Below are positions 38,459 through 54,817 of a DNA stretch of 64,000 nt, piece after piece. The position numbers were made by a program, and so were the translations under genes. Below the pieces are notes generated by a model, which was not told the DNA's origin, made no database searches, and saw only the letters and a list, made by a program, of their open reading frames with translations. The stretch lies in contig NW_024704746.1 of the NCBI RefSeq assembly GCF_018977255.1, positions 4,154,001 to 4,218,000 of the forward strand, written 5' to 3'. Within the stretch, counting starts at the first letter, position 1. Each line of letters opens with the position of its first letter. Source of the stretch: Callorhinchus milii (lineage: Eukaryota).

Positions 38459-39184
38459 TCACCGTCTCGTTGTTTCTCCCTGGCGAGACTCTGGCGGTGC
38501 AGCAGTCGCCCCCAGGAGGAGCCTGCGGTGCAGTGGGCGGTTGGTGGGGGCGAGGGGATGGGTCTGCGTGCTCTTGTGTGCCGTGTGGTTGCGCTGGTGG
38601 AAGGCGGCCTGCCGGAGCAGCTGGTTCAGGGTGAGCAGGTGGTCCCGCTGGCTCCGCACCTCCTACCACAGCCTCAGGCAGCGCTCCTGCTCCTCGCTCA
38701 CGCTCTACAGCTCGTCCCTCGCCGCCTGCAGCTGCTCCTGTAATGCCTGCCTGGCGCTGGCCACCTCTGCCAGATCCCGGCTCAGAGCCCTCATCCGCTC
38801 GCTGCACCGGCCGTTCTCCTCCTGCAGGATCCAACACTGCACGGCTCGCTCCTGTAGCTCCTTCAAAGCCTCCCTCGCCGCTCTGTTCCCCAGCCCAGGC
38901 TCTCTGCCCGCCCTCGCCCTCAGGCCGGCCTCAGGCTCCAGCCCAGGTCGCAGTTTGCTCAGCACCAGGTTCAGCTCCTTGTTCTCAGCGTTCACGTACT
39001 TCAGTTTGTCCCTCAGTTCTCGGAGCTGGGTCCTGCTGACCGTCTCCACCACCTTCAGTCTCTCCCTCAGTGCCTCCTCCCTGACGCATGCCTCGTCACG
39101 CTCCTTCCTCACCTTCTGCACCACTTTCTTGGCCTCTGACTTTGTGCCGGTGTTTTTCTGGGCTTGTCTCTTGGGGGTGGACAT
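38459..39184 (-). pseudogene. Intronless uncharacterised coiled-coil protein gene (241 codons) interrupted by two in-frame TAG codons
   Basis: ATG at 39184 (MSTPKRQAQKNTGTKSEAKKVVQKVRKERDEACVREEALRERL...). E/R/K/L/Q-rich heptad-like sequence with GC-ending codons. TAG at 38707-38705 and 38665-38663; the same frame continues (SVSEEQERCLRLW*EVRSQRDHLLTLNQLLRQ..HKSTQT..) to TGA at 38461-38459. The uninterrupted part is 159 aa. Confidence 0.65.
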
Positions 39185-39396
39185 GCTGGGACCTGGCTCC
39201 GGGGGAGAACAGCCAACAATGAGGGCAGATCTCACACCAACTCCTCAATGTCAAACTGTAATCAGAACATTTACAGTGAAGGAGCTCTGTACTGCTCTCT
39301 ACCCCATTCTCTGCTCTCTCCCCATCGTGTATGTGCTGGTGCTCACTCCCCACTGGAGCTCTCTAATCTAACCCCATTCCCTGCTCTCCCCATCAT

Positions 39397-39619
39397 GTCT
39401 ACGTTTCCCAATGGCTGAGTCTCCTGCTGTTATTTATTGGGTGGCTCACACAGGGTCATTTGTGGAACCGCTCCTAGTGACAGCTGGTGTGTGTGTGCGT
39501 ATTAGGACCTCCGAATGGCGGTCGCTGCTGGGGGTGGGATTTGGCTGATGCTCAGCTCCGTGCATTTACACACATTTTGCAGCCAGAATTCAATCCGGAT
39601 CCTCTGAATCTTTCAGTAG
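39397..39619 (-). repeat. Left arm of a ~220-bp inverted duplication
   Basis: Reverse complement aligns by eye to 41788-42010 with scattered substitutions. Confidence 0.9.
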
Positions 39620-39940
39620 CTCCCCCACTGGAGCTCTGTGCTCTAATCCCATTCCCTGCTCTCTCCCAGTTCCCTTAACTATATATACAATCCCCTCCTA
39701 GTCAAACAGTTACAGACTCCAACAACAACAACAACTTGTATTTATTGGGCCCTTCACACAGGGCAGTGACTCAAGAGCGCTGCCTGATGGAATCCTGTGA
39801 TAAAACATTACAGGTTCTGACAGCTGGTTGGTGCAAGGCGAGTGCTGTGTTAGTTTGCGTGGGCGAGTCTCAGGTCTGGGGTTCGCTTGGGATAAAACTT
39901 GGGGTGTATATTATTAGAGAATTGGATACTGGATATTGTG

Positions 39941-40241
39941 GAGTCCTGCAGCTCAGTGGTTAGAGCACTCGCTTTGCAAGCGAGAGACCTGAGTTCAATT
40001 CCCGGCAGAGGGTGAAACCTTGGGCAAGTTTCCTTATTCCGTACGCCTGATAATAATCCCTCAAAAAAAATAATACATTGGTCATTTCAATCCACGACTC
40101 TTTGTGGGACGCTGCTGTGTGCAATTGGCTGCCGCATTTCGCCCACAAATATACAGTCAAATCACTTGACAGTCTATTCTGTGAAGTGCTTTGAGACGTC
40201 GAGAAGACGTGAAAAGCGCTATATCAAATGCAAGGATTATT
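39941..40241 (+). mobile_element. tRNA-derived SINE, short form
   Basis: A and B boxes, core and tail present. Confidence 0.85.
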
Positions 40242-41787
40242 ATATATATTTAAAGGAACTTGGGATGAAATGTGAGAAGAACCCTTAGTGACAAACAGCA
40301 ACCTTTTTACACTATTTAACTGAATAATTGAAAAGAGGGTTAATTTTGGCTGCTTAATATCAGTTTCAGCCTGGCACTCTTGCCTCTGTCAGAAGGTTGT
40401 GGATTCAAGTCTCATTTCCAGTGTGTTCACAGTCTCGGCTGTACTCCAACACAAAGCTGTATTGTCAGATTCACTGCTGGGCAAATTGGCTGCTGCTTTT
40501 GCCTCCAAAACAGTCACTAAAACTCTGTGAAGCACTTTGAGACGCCTTGACCCGATGAGGCATTGCAGTGAAGGATTACTTAGTAAATAAAGGGACAGAC
40601 AGGCACTGGAGGAGGTAATATGGGTATAAATCTTACAGATAATTGTAAAATATTAACGTCAGTGTTGGTTAGAGAGCAGCCGTACTCAGCTCATGCTGTT
40701 AACCCCTCCCACCATTTAGAAGTCATTGTTTTCCACAAGAAAATATTTGGATATATTTTTCTGATTCTCAAGATCCAAATTTAACCCTCGCTTTTGATGC
40801 ATTCCCAACAACGTCAAAACATCTCGGAGCTTTTGAGTTTCCTGCCGAGCAGAAGAAACAAAGCGGCACAAAGTGAGTTTGCCCCCGGCTCCGTCACTCA
40901 ACATTTGCCCAGGCTCTCGTTACTGAGGTACGCTGAGAAAAACAATAATAATCCTTGCGTTTGATATAGCGCATTATTGTGTCATTCAGACGTCTCAAAT
41001 CGCCTCACAGAGTTTTAGTGACTGTTTTGGAGGTAAAAGCAGCAGCCAACTTGCCCAGCAAAGGGAGTTGACTATGTATTTTGTGGGCAAACGTGACAGC
41101 CAACAGCGATGGTCGCAGCAAGTGAGCTTCAATGGACAACAAAAAAACACTGAAGTGCATCAGACACCAGCACGTGAGACACCAGTGTCTGCACAGCAAC
41201 TCCAACCCACTACCTCAACCCCCCCCCCCCACCGCCACCACACACACACACACACACACACAATGTAATTAACATTTCTGTAGTGCTTTCAAGTCGGAGG
41301 CGCGGTGCTCTCCCTTACCCCCACCCTCCTCCAGTATGTCACTCCCACATTCGGACCGTGATCTATCGCTGATCCAGTCCAGCAAACCACCACCGCCTGG
41401 GATCACCAGGCAAATCGAAGGAAACTGGAAACAGGAAAACTGAGAGTATTGGAAGCTACAGATGGCAGCTGTATTAAAGAACCCGGGATTTTCCCAGGAT
41501 TGCGGGACAGGACCACCCTGCCCTATACCCCCTCCTCCTTGGAATAGACTCCCCCACAGTCACACTTAAGGATTGGCAGATTGATGGCTATATGCTATGT
41601 GTCTTGTTCCTGGAGTAATATTCCCAGATTGGGGAGTCTGGGAGTTTGACTGGGTTTGGGGTCTGGGGGGAACGCGGCGATGAGTACCTGGTCAGAGCGG
41701 CCGGTGCAGGTGCGACGCGAGAGCCAGCGAAGCTGTGAGTCAATGGAAACATCGGCACAGATCGGTGTCGCAAAATCAACCAGGAAA

Positions 41788-42010
41788 CTACTGAAAGATT
41801 CAGAGGATCCAGATTGAATTCCGGCTGCAAAATGTGTGTAAATGCACGGAGCTGAGCATCAGCCAAATACCACCCTCAGCAGCGACCGCCATTCAGAGGT
41901 CCTAATACGCGCACACACACCAGCTGTCACTGGGGACGGTTCCACAAATGACCCCGTGTGAGCCACACAATAAACGGCAACAGGAGATTCAGCCATTGGG
42001 AAACGCAGAC
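41788..42010 (+). repeat. Right arm of the ~220-bp inverted duplication
   Basis: ctactgaaagattcagaggatcc...agccattgggaaacgcagac. Confidence 0.9.
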
Positions 42011-43319
42011 CACAACCTCACAAGCAGCCTCCAAAAGCACCCCCCCACCCCACTCTGTCTGTCCGTCTCCCCTCCCCCAGCCACTGAGCCAAACTCTGGG
42101 GGGAGCAGACGCACCTCATCGACTTATAATAATCCATACACAGCGCATTTCACGTTGGGAGAACATCTTAAAGCTCTTTGCAGGATACACTCTAAAGTAT
42201 AGTGACTGTATGTTGTAGTTTGAACCAAACAACAAAAAAATTACATTTGTTAAGTGACTTTCACATTGGGAGGACGTCCCAAGCCACTGGATAGTCATGG
42301 ATTTGGACCCGAGCTAGGGGTTGGGATCAGGACGGGTTAAGGGTAGGGAGGGTGTTGGTCAGATGGTGACCGAAGGCACAGTCGAAGAGGAGGGTCTTGA
42401 GATTTGCCTTGGAGGAGGCAAGGGAACGTAGCAGGCGATTTGCACACAGCTCCATCCCACCAACGGCCTTGAAGTGAAGGAATGATTTTATCCGGGAGAT
42501 TGTTAATCAGGACACCAGGAGAGATTCTTTTTGAATAATGTCATGGGATCTTTAACATGCACCTGAACAGGAGCTTATGGACACACACACACATACACAG
42601 GAGTAAATGTGATCAGTCCTGCAGTAACATTCCACACAAACAACTCACACGTCATAACCCAACTTAATTTAATTTATAATGCTCTAACACAAGGCGAGAA
42701 AAAGCTGTGAAAAATCACTATACAAAGAAAGTTTTGAAATTTTGCTAATGTACAGATTTGAGGAAATCTTTCAAGTAACGTTGGCGATTGGGTTGTCAGG
42801 AGGATCAAGGCTGAAATCAAACAGTGAAGGTAAAAAGTGAAAATATCATCCAGAAGCCGCCCGGGAACTACAGCCCAATCACACCCGATCACTCCCGCTC
42901 ACACCCGATCACTCCCGCTCACACCCGACCATTGCCAGTCACTGCCAGCCCATAGGCCTGAGCTCCATCATCAAACTCTTCCGTCCACACTTCCGTTCCC
43001 CCTCACGGCCTTCACCAGGAACCGAGCCAGCAACGATGGAGCCTGCGGAAACCCACACACAGGTCACAGCCTCGTCAGACAGACAGACGGAATGCTTCAC
43101 ACCGAAACTGAGAGTCAAGGCCGCACTCAGGGATACAGAGCTTTCACATCGGGACGACCGGGACATCTTGAAGCGCTTCAAACTGTAAACCAGAGTGACT
43201 GTTTTGTGAGTAAAGGCGGCAGACTATTTGCCTCCAGCAAAGTGCTGAGGGGGAGGGGACGGTGCCAGAGTTTTCATGGGGATCAGGATCTGGTTGGGAA
43301 TTGCTCGCTCACCTGTAGC

Positions 43320-48668
<5,349 letters not shown>

Positions 48669-48831
48669 ATTGGTCTGGTTGGAGACTCGAACTCGCCACA
48701 GGAAAGATCTGAGGAACAACAAATGGCGTGAATAAATAATAATCCTTGTGTATAAATATAGCGCCTTATCACGTCTTCGATGACGTCTCAAAGCGCTTCA
48801 CAGGATATACTGTAAAGTGAATTGAGTTGTG

Positions 48832-49148
48832 GAGTCCTGTAGCTCAGTGGTTAGAGCACTCGCTTTGCCAGTGAGAGACCTGAGTTCAATTCCAGGCAGG
48901 GCGAAACCTTGGGCAAGTTTCCTTACTCCACACAGAGCCTAATAATAATCCCTCCAAAGCCAAAAACAATAATAAATTGGTCATTTTCAATCTACGACTG
49001 TTTGTGGGACATTGCTGTGCGCAATTGGCTGCCGCGTTCGCCCACAAACATACAGTCAATTCATTTTACAGTGTGTTGTGTGAAGCGCTTCGGGACGTCC
49101 TCCCGACGTGAAAAGCGCTATATCGAATGCGAGGATTGTTATCATTAT
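48832..49148 (+). mobile_element. tRNA-derived SINE, young short form, nested in an older antisense SINE
   Basis: The older copy's tail (48730-48826) and core (from about 49150) flank it. Confidence 0.88.
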
Positions 49149-49674
49149 TGCTGTATATTTTGTGGGCGAAGCGCGGCAGCCAATCGTCCCCGTTTACAAA
49201 CCGTCGTGGATTGAGTGACCGGAAATGTTTGGTTGATGAGGAGATTATTACCCTCGGAAAAGAGGTTCCCCCAATCGACTAACAACCGGGTTTCACCGCT
49301 TACTGCTGTGCAACCAGAGGCGCGGAGTAAGGGAACTTGGGCTAAGAGTTTGTCCGGGAAAAAATAAAGCCCCCTCCGGGTGAGGAGGAGCCCGCGGCTC
49401 TCCGCGCGGTATGTCCTTCACGATTCGTTTCACATCATCGAAACAATGTCCCCTCAGGCGGATGGGCGGCCGCGTTTCGCCCACAAAATACACAGTCACT
49501 ACACTTTACGGTATATCCCGTGAGGCGCTTTGAGGCGTCTCGCAGACGCGACATCAAACGCGCGGTTTATTATTAATATGAGACGTCCCCAAAGCACTTC
49601 ACAGGGATTGCTGCGAAGTGGAGTGACTGTGAGCCTGACGCAGGCGGTTTGGCAGCGCTTCACCCCGGAAACCT

Positions 49675-50140
49675 CGGGGCCGGTACCGGGGGAGGGGGGG
49701 AGGTCGGTACCGGGGGGGGGGGGGTCGGTACCGGGGGGGTGGGGGAGGTCGGTACCGGGGGGGGGGGGGGAGGTCGGTACCGGGGGGGGGGGGAGGTCGG
49801 TACCGGGGGGGGGGGAGGTCGGTACCGGGGGGGGGGCGGTACCGGGGGGGGGGGGGGGTCGGTACGGGGGGTGGGGGGGGGGGGCCGGTACCGGGGGTGG
49901 GGGCCGGTACCGGGGGTGGGGGCCGGTACCGGGGGGTGGGGGCCGGTACCGGGGGGGGGGGGTGTGGGGGCCGGTACCGGGGGGGGGGGGTGTGGGGGCC
50001 GGTACGGGGGGGGGGGGTGTGGGGGCCGGTACCGGGGGGTGGGGCCGGTACCGGGGGGTGGGGGATGTGGGGGCCGGTACCGGGGGGGCCGGTACCGGGG
50101 TGGGGGGCCGGTACCGGGGGTGGGGGTCGGTACCGGGGAG
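49675..50140. repeat. G-tract minisatellite built around cggtaccg
   Basis: About 21 ggtac cores separated by long G runs. Confidence 0.95.
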
Positions 50141-50157
50141 GAGGATGAACTGCTCAC

Positions 50158-50410
50158 CCGTCGCCTCCGCCGCCACTCGGAAGCCTGGGCCTAGTCAGGT
50201 GACATTAAAGGGGCGGGTGCCGATGCTGCGCTTTTATATCCGCCGACAGAAACTCCCGAGCGCCGGGACCTGACTGGGTACCGGCCCCGCCCCCCGCCCC
50301 CCGAGCCCCGCCCCCTGAACCCCGCGCCCCTCCCCCTGAACCCCGCGCCCCGCCCCCGAGCCCCGCCCCCGAGCCCCGCCCCCCCTAGCCCCGCCCCCGA
50401 GCCCCGCCGC
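50158..50410 (-). promoter_or_regulatory. YIPF1 non-coding first exon and GC-box array (divergent from DIO1)
   Basis: Donor cgg|gtgagc at 50158; repeated ccccgcccc Sp/KLF boxes at 50285-50410; CpG-rich. Confidence 0.65.
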
Positions 50411-51323
50411 CGCTGTGTTTCTGATCACTGCTGAAGTCGCTCCCGTTTGAGTGATTTGCTCCCACTGCGCGGAACCGGTCTCATGTGGTCTAAAGGCTTC
50501 ACTGTACAGTGCGGCACTGACTGTATTTTGTGGGCGAAATGTGGCAGTCAATTGCGCCCCACAAACAGTGATGGCCCGAAGTGACCGAACTTATCATTGA
50601 TTGGAAGGATTATTAACCACAGAAAACAACAACAAATGACATTTCTGTAACGCCTTTCGGGCGATCGGTCAATCGACTAACGACCGGGTTCCGACTCGCT
50701 GCCCGGTGACCGGGCGCGTGGAGTCAGGGAACGTGGTTAACGTTTGGCCCGGCCCGGGCATCGAACCCAGGTCCTCTCTCGCTTGGGACGTCCTCCTGAC
50801 GTGAAAGGCGCTCTATAAATGGAATCTTGTTGTTGTTGTTGTTGTTGTGAGGCGAGTGCTCTAACCACTCGACGACAGGACTCCCACTGTTCCGCGTGTG
50901 TGCTTCAGGGGTCAAACGCTTTGAGACGCCCTCCCGCCCTGAAAGGGGTTGTATACCTGTATCTTACCTGTGTGTGTGTGTGTGTGTGTGTGTGTTTATC
51001 AGTGTGTATGTATGTATCGTAGTGTGAGTGCGTTTATCAGTGTGTGTGTATCATAGTATGTGTGTGTTTATCACAGTATTTGTTTATCAGTGTGTGTTTA
51101 TGAATGTGTTTTTATCATAGTGTGTGTGTATCATAGTTTGTGTTTTATCACTGTGTGTGTGTGTGTGTGTGTACCAGTGCGTGCGTGCGAGTCTCTGACT
51201 GTTCAGTTGCAGGCTTCATCCGGTTAAACTTTGAGCTGTGGAAATGATGTTAATGTGTTTAGTTAGTGATAAGCACTAAGAGATAAACAGTTGCTGGTGG
51301 CTGAAGGCAGACAGAGGGGAGAG

Positions 51324-53346
51324 ATGTGGCGACGAGTGGTAGTTTACATGCAGACGGTGCTGCTGTTGGTGTGTATTTGTGTGAGGGTGGCTGTGGGCCG
51401 GGTAATGCTCACCCTGTTCCCGGCTACCACGAGGAGGCTGGAGCTGAGAAACGGCCTGAAGACCACCATGACCCTGAACCCGCGGTTCCGCTTTGAGGAC
51501 TGGGGCCCCAGTATGTTCAGTCTGAGCTCCCTGCGGGCAGTAACCACCAGCATCATCGCCAACAGCGGGGATCGAGCCTTCCCCGGCCAGCCAGCCCCCG
51601 ACACTACCCTCATTGACCTGGACAACACAGCTCACACTATCCGCAGCTTCATCAGGGGTGAGTGCGGGGCAGCCCTCGGGCCTCAGGGTGATGATGGTGG
51701 TCAGCCCGCCAGTCTGTCTGTTTTCTGTGTGTCTGTCTATCTCTCTCTCTCTCTTGCGCCCACACAGCCTCTGTCTGTGTGTCTGTGTCTGTCTGTCTCT
51801 CTCTCACACACACACAGCCTCTACCTGTCTGTCTCCCATACACATACACAACCTGGAGGCGGTGGGTCCCAGGAGCAAGGCCCCATCTGTGCTCAACTTT
51901 GCTGGAGCTTCAGCCTGGACTGGAGACCTGAGAATACTCAACAAGTTTCGCCCACGATATCTAGAGTCGGTTCACTTTATAGTATATTCTGTAAAGCTCT
52001 TTGAGACGTCTCGAAGACGTGATAAGGCGTTATATTAAATGCAAGGATTATTATTATTAAGGGGCTGACGAGGTTACCGCTGTTGGTTTGCAGGGAGCCG
52101 GCCGCTGGTACTGAGTTTTGGCAGCTGTACCTGACCCCCGTTCCTCTTCAAGCTGGGCGACTTCAAGAAGCTGGCCGAGGACTTTGCCCAGGTCGCTGAC
52201 TTCCTCATCATCTACATTGAGGAGGCGCATGCCACAGGTCAGCTATTACCTTCACCATGTTAACGGGGTGGCATTGGGCACGTAGCCAAGATCATCAGGC
52301 TCCAGGCCGGCTGGTGTCAGGAAGTACATTAGCCAGGAATCCTCCCCCACCCACCAGTCACTGTCCAGAGACCATTTACTGGCCATTGGGGTGGAGACAG
52401 GATCAGACAGAATATGATGGCCCAGTCACACAGCCTGAGACATGGCTGCTGGGTTCACACATATGGTAAGCGGGCAGTCACTCGAGCCTGGGGGGAATGT
52501 CCCGAATGGGGTGGTGGGGGGGTGGGATGCTGATCAGTAAACTGGCAGGGGTTTAAATTAGCAAAGGCTCAGTGCTGGAATCCTGTCTCTCACCCCGTGA
52601 CTTTCCTGCAGATGGCTGGGCTTTCAAGAACAACGTGGAGATCAGACACCACCAGAGCCTGAGTGACCGCCTGAGCGCAGCCCGGCAGCTGCTGAGTGAG
52701 GGGCTGCCCTGCCCCTTGCTGGTGGACAACATGGACAATCAGGCCAGCGCTCTGTATGCAGCTCAGCCCGAGAGACTGTACATCATCCATAACGGTACCA
52801 TCATCTACAAGGTACTGCCTGCACCCCCCCCCACCCCCAAATACCCTGCTATTCACCCCGCATCTGTGCACAACCCATATATCCCACACACCCTGCTATA
52901 CTCCCTGCATCCGTGCACGCCCCATATATCCTGTATACCTCCCCGCATGCGCACGCTGTACTCCCCCCGCACACCCGTGCGCCCCATATCCCCCCCACCT
53001 CCCTGCACTCTGAATGCCCTCTGCGCCCACAAGTTAGCCAGTTGTCTGAGTGAGACCGGGTGACCTGCTGTTATACATGGTTAACATTACAACAACAAGA
53101 TTACATTTGTATAGCACCTTTCACGTCGGGAGGACGTCCCAAGGCGCTGGACAGTGTACAGCGTTTCAGATCTAGCTTGGAGGATTGCCATTGCCAGCCA
53201 CACTATGTAACTGTGTATATATCCCGCTATACGCGGAACACAATGTGCTGTGATCCCTGATGTGTGGTCATGTTTTGCAGAGTGGATTGGGTCCCTGGGG
53301 GTACAAGCCAGAGGAAGTACGTGGGGTTCTACACACACTAGAGTAA
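51324..53346 (+). CDS. DIO1: Type I iodothyronine deiodinase (selenoprotein; TGA at 52132-52134 = Sec)
   Basis: Exons 51324-51657, 52094-52237, 52612-52811, 53281-53346, all GT-AG and in phase. Active site [56 protein letters not shown]. The four-exon layout and synteny are DIO1-specific. Confidence 0.97.
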
Positions 53347-53433
53347 ATCACTGAACTGTTGCCAGCGAGAGACAGAGACACAGACCAGCCTCGTTAACAG
53401 CAGCAAACCTGAAAACCTTTACCAAAGGAACTC

Positions 53434-53504
53434 TCTCCCTTATTCAGAATGATTTTCTCAGCCTTAAACGCTGTGGCTGGGAGCTGATGTGTTGAATACG
53501 GAGA
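53434..53504 (+). promoter_or_regulatory. SECIS element (type I-like) in the DIO1 3' UTR
   Basis: Helix I UAUUCAG/UUGAAUA; core AUGAU (53449) with UGAU (53485); helix II UUCUCAGCC/GGCUGGGAG; apical AAA at 53466-53468; about 100 nt after the stop codon. Confidence 0.92.
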
Positions 53505-53723
53505 AACAGCTCTTTTGTTCTTGGTTAGTTTCTGGATCAGGAGTGATCGAACACTCAACATCCTTTATCTGATTTCTTACTTCACATTATGTATTCTCTG
53601 CCATTGTATCTGCTGTTCTGTTTATGGTGACCCTTTCCTGGGAAATGCTGTGTAACGTGTGGAGGGATGGCCTGGGAATCACACATGCATTATCTTAGTC
53701 ACTCCCTGGGGTGTCAGTGTCTG

Positions 53724-54403
53724 TGTAAGATTATGTTTGTGATGCATTTTTTTTTAAAAAAGGCTTTTAATTAATTTCTGTATACTTTTAGAATGTAACC
53801 TGCCCATAATCCTTTAATAAAGTGGATTTGATGTGGTGTGGCAGGGTGTGTGGATTTGATTTAATGACTAGTTTAGCAGGGCTTAAAAATAGCTTTGCTG
53901 GACCAGTCGAGGTTAGCTTCTGATTATATTTCATATTTTCCTGGGAAGATGTTCACTCCTCTGAGATAATTAGCAATCAGATCCTTAAGCGCAGAACAAT
54001 GGACCTCAGAAAGAAAAGGCTACAACCTCAGAAACCTGCCTAACCCAAGGCTGAAAAACACACAGGCTGGAGAAGGCTGCCAACACAACATTACTCAGCT
54101 CTCTTTCTCCCTATCAGTTTTTTTCCCATAGGAAAAGAGCCCTCACAAGGTTGCTAGAAGCTTGTAAAAGGGTGGGGGCTTCATTCACTGTGACAAAGGG
54201 AGGCAGGGTTAGAAACTCATAAAAGAAAGATGTAACTATGGAATAGGTGAAGTCAAACTAGAGGGTCAGCACTTCTTCCCAGTGGGACCGGAAAATATCG
54301 ATTTTAGTGTATCTATTGCTTTAGTTTGAGTTTGTGTGATTTACTTAATAAACTTTGGATTATTACACAACCATATTTGTCATCTCCAACTGAATCTCTT
54401 ACA
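53724..54403 (+). mobile_element. Solo LTR (680 bp) in the DIO1 3' region
   Basis: Termini tgtaaga...tcttaca, perfect 4-bp TSD tctg (53720-53723 and 54404-54407), AATAAA at 53816 and 54347. Confidence 0.85.
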
Positions 54404-54495
54404 TCTGTTCTTGCACTGGATGGGGTGTAATAAACATTTTTATATATATATACAATATACATTTATACAGTGCTTCTTTCCTCTGCATGCCTATG

Positions 54496-54817
54496 GAGTC
54501 CTGTAGCTCAGTGGTTAGAGCACTCGCTTTGCAAGTGAGAGACCTGAGTTCAATTCCAGGCAGAGGGCGAAACCTTGGGCAAGTTTCCTTACTCCACACA
54601 GAGCCTAATAATAATCCCTCCAAAACCCCAAACAATAATAAATTGGTCATTTTCAATCTACGACTGTTTGTGGGACATTGCTGTGCGCAATTGGCTGCCG
54701 CGTTCGCCCACAAATATACAGTCAATTCACTTTACAGTGTGTTCTGTGAAGCGCTTTGGGACGTCCTTCTGACGTGAAAAGCGCTATATCAAATGCAAGG
54801 ATTATTATTATTATTAT
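54496..54817 (+). mobile_element. tRNA-derived SINE, young short form
   Basis: gagtcctgtagctcagtggttagagc...gttcaattcc...ggattattattatt. Confidence 0.9.

Noticed and set aside
38541-39371. 276-aa plus-strand ORF
   Set aside because: Antisense shadow of the coiled-coil frame; Ser/Leu/Cys-rich with no domain.
40716-40850. Exon-like minus-strand segment (ggcag|ETQKLRDVLTLLG..)
   Set aside because: No recognisable homology and no donor linking it to the coiled-coil ORF.
39397-42010. 2.6-kb DNA transposon with long TIRs
   Set aside because: No TSD, no transposase remnant, and the left arm interrupts a tandem repeat.
49499-50273. Pro-rich or Gly-rich ORFs resembling extensin or collagen
   Set aside because: Translations of the G-tract minisatellite.
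54496-54570. tRNA-Ala-like genes at SINE heads (also 771, 30309, 39941, 47289, 48832)
   Set aside because: Acceptor and T stems do not pair, and each continues into the SINE body and tail.
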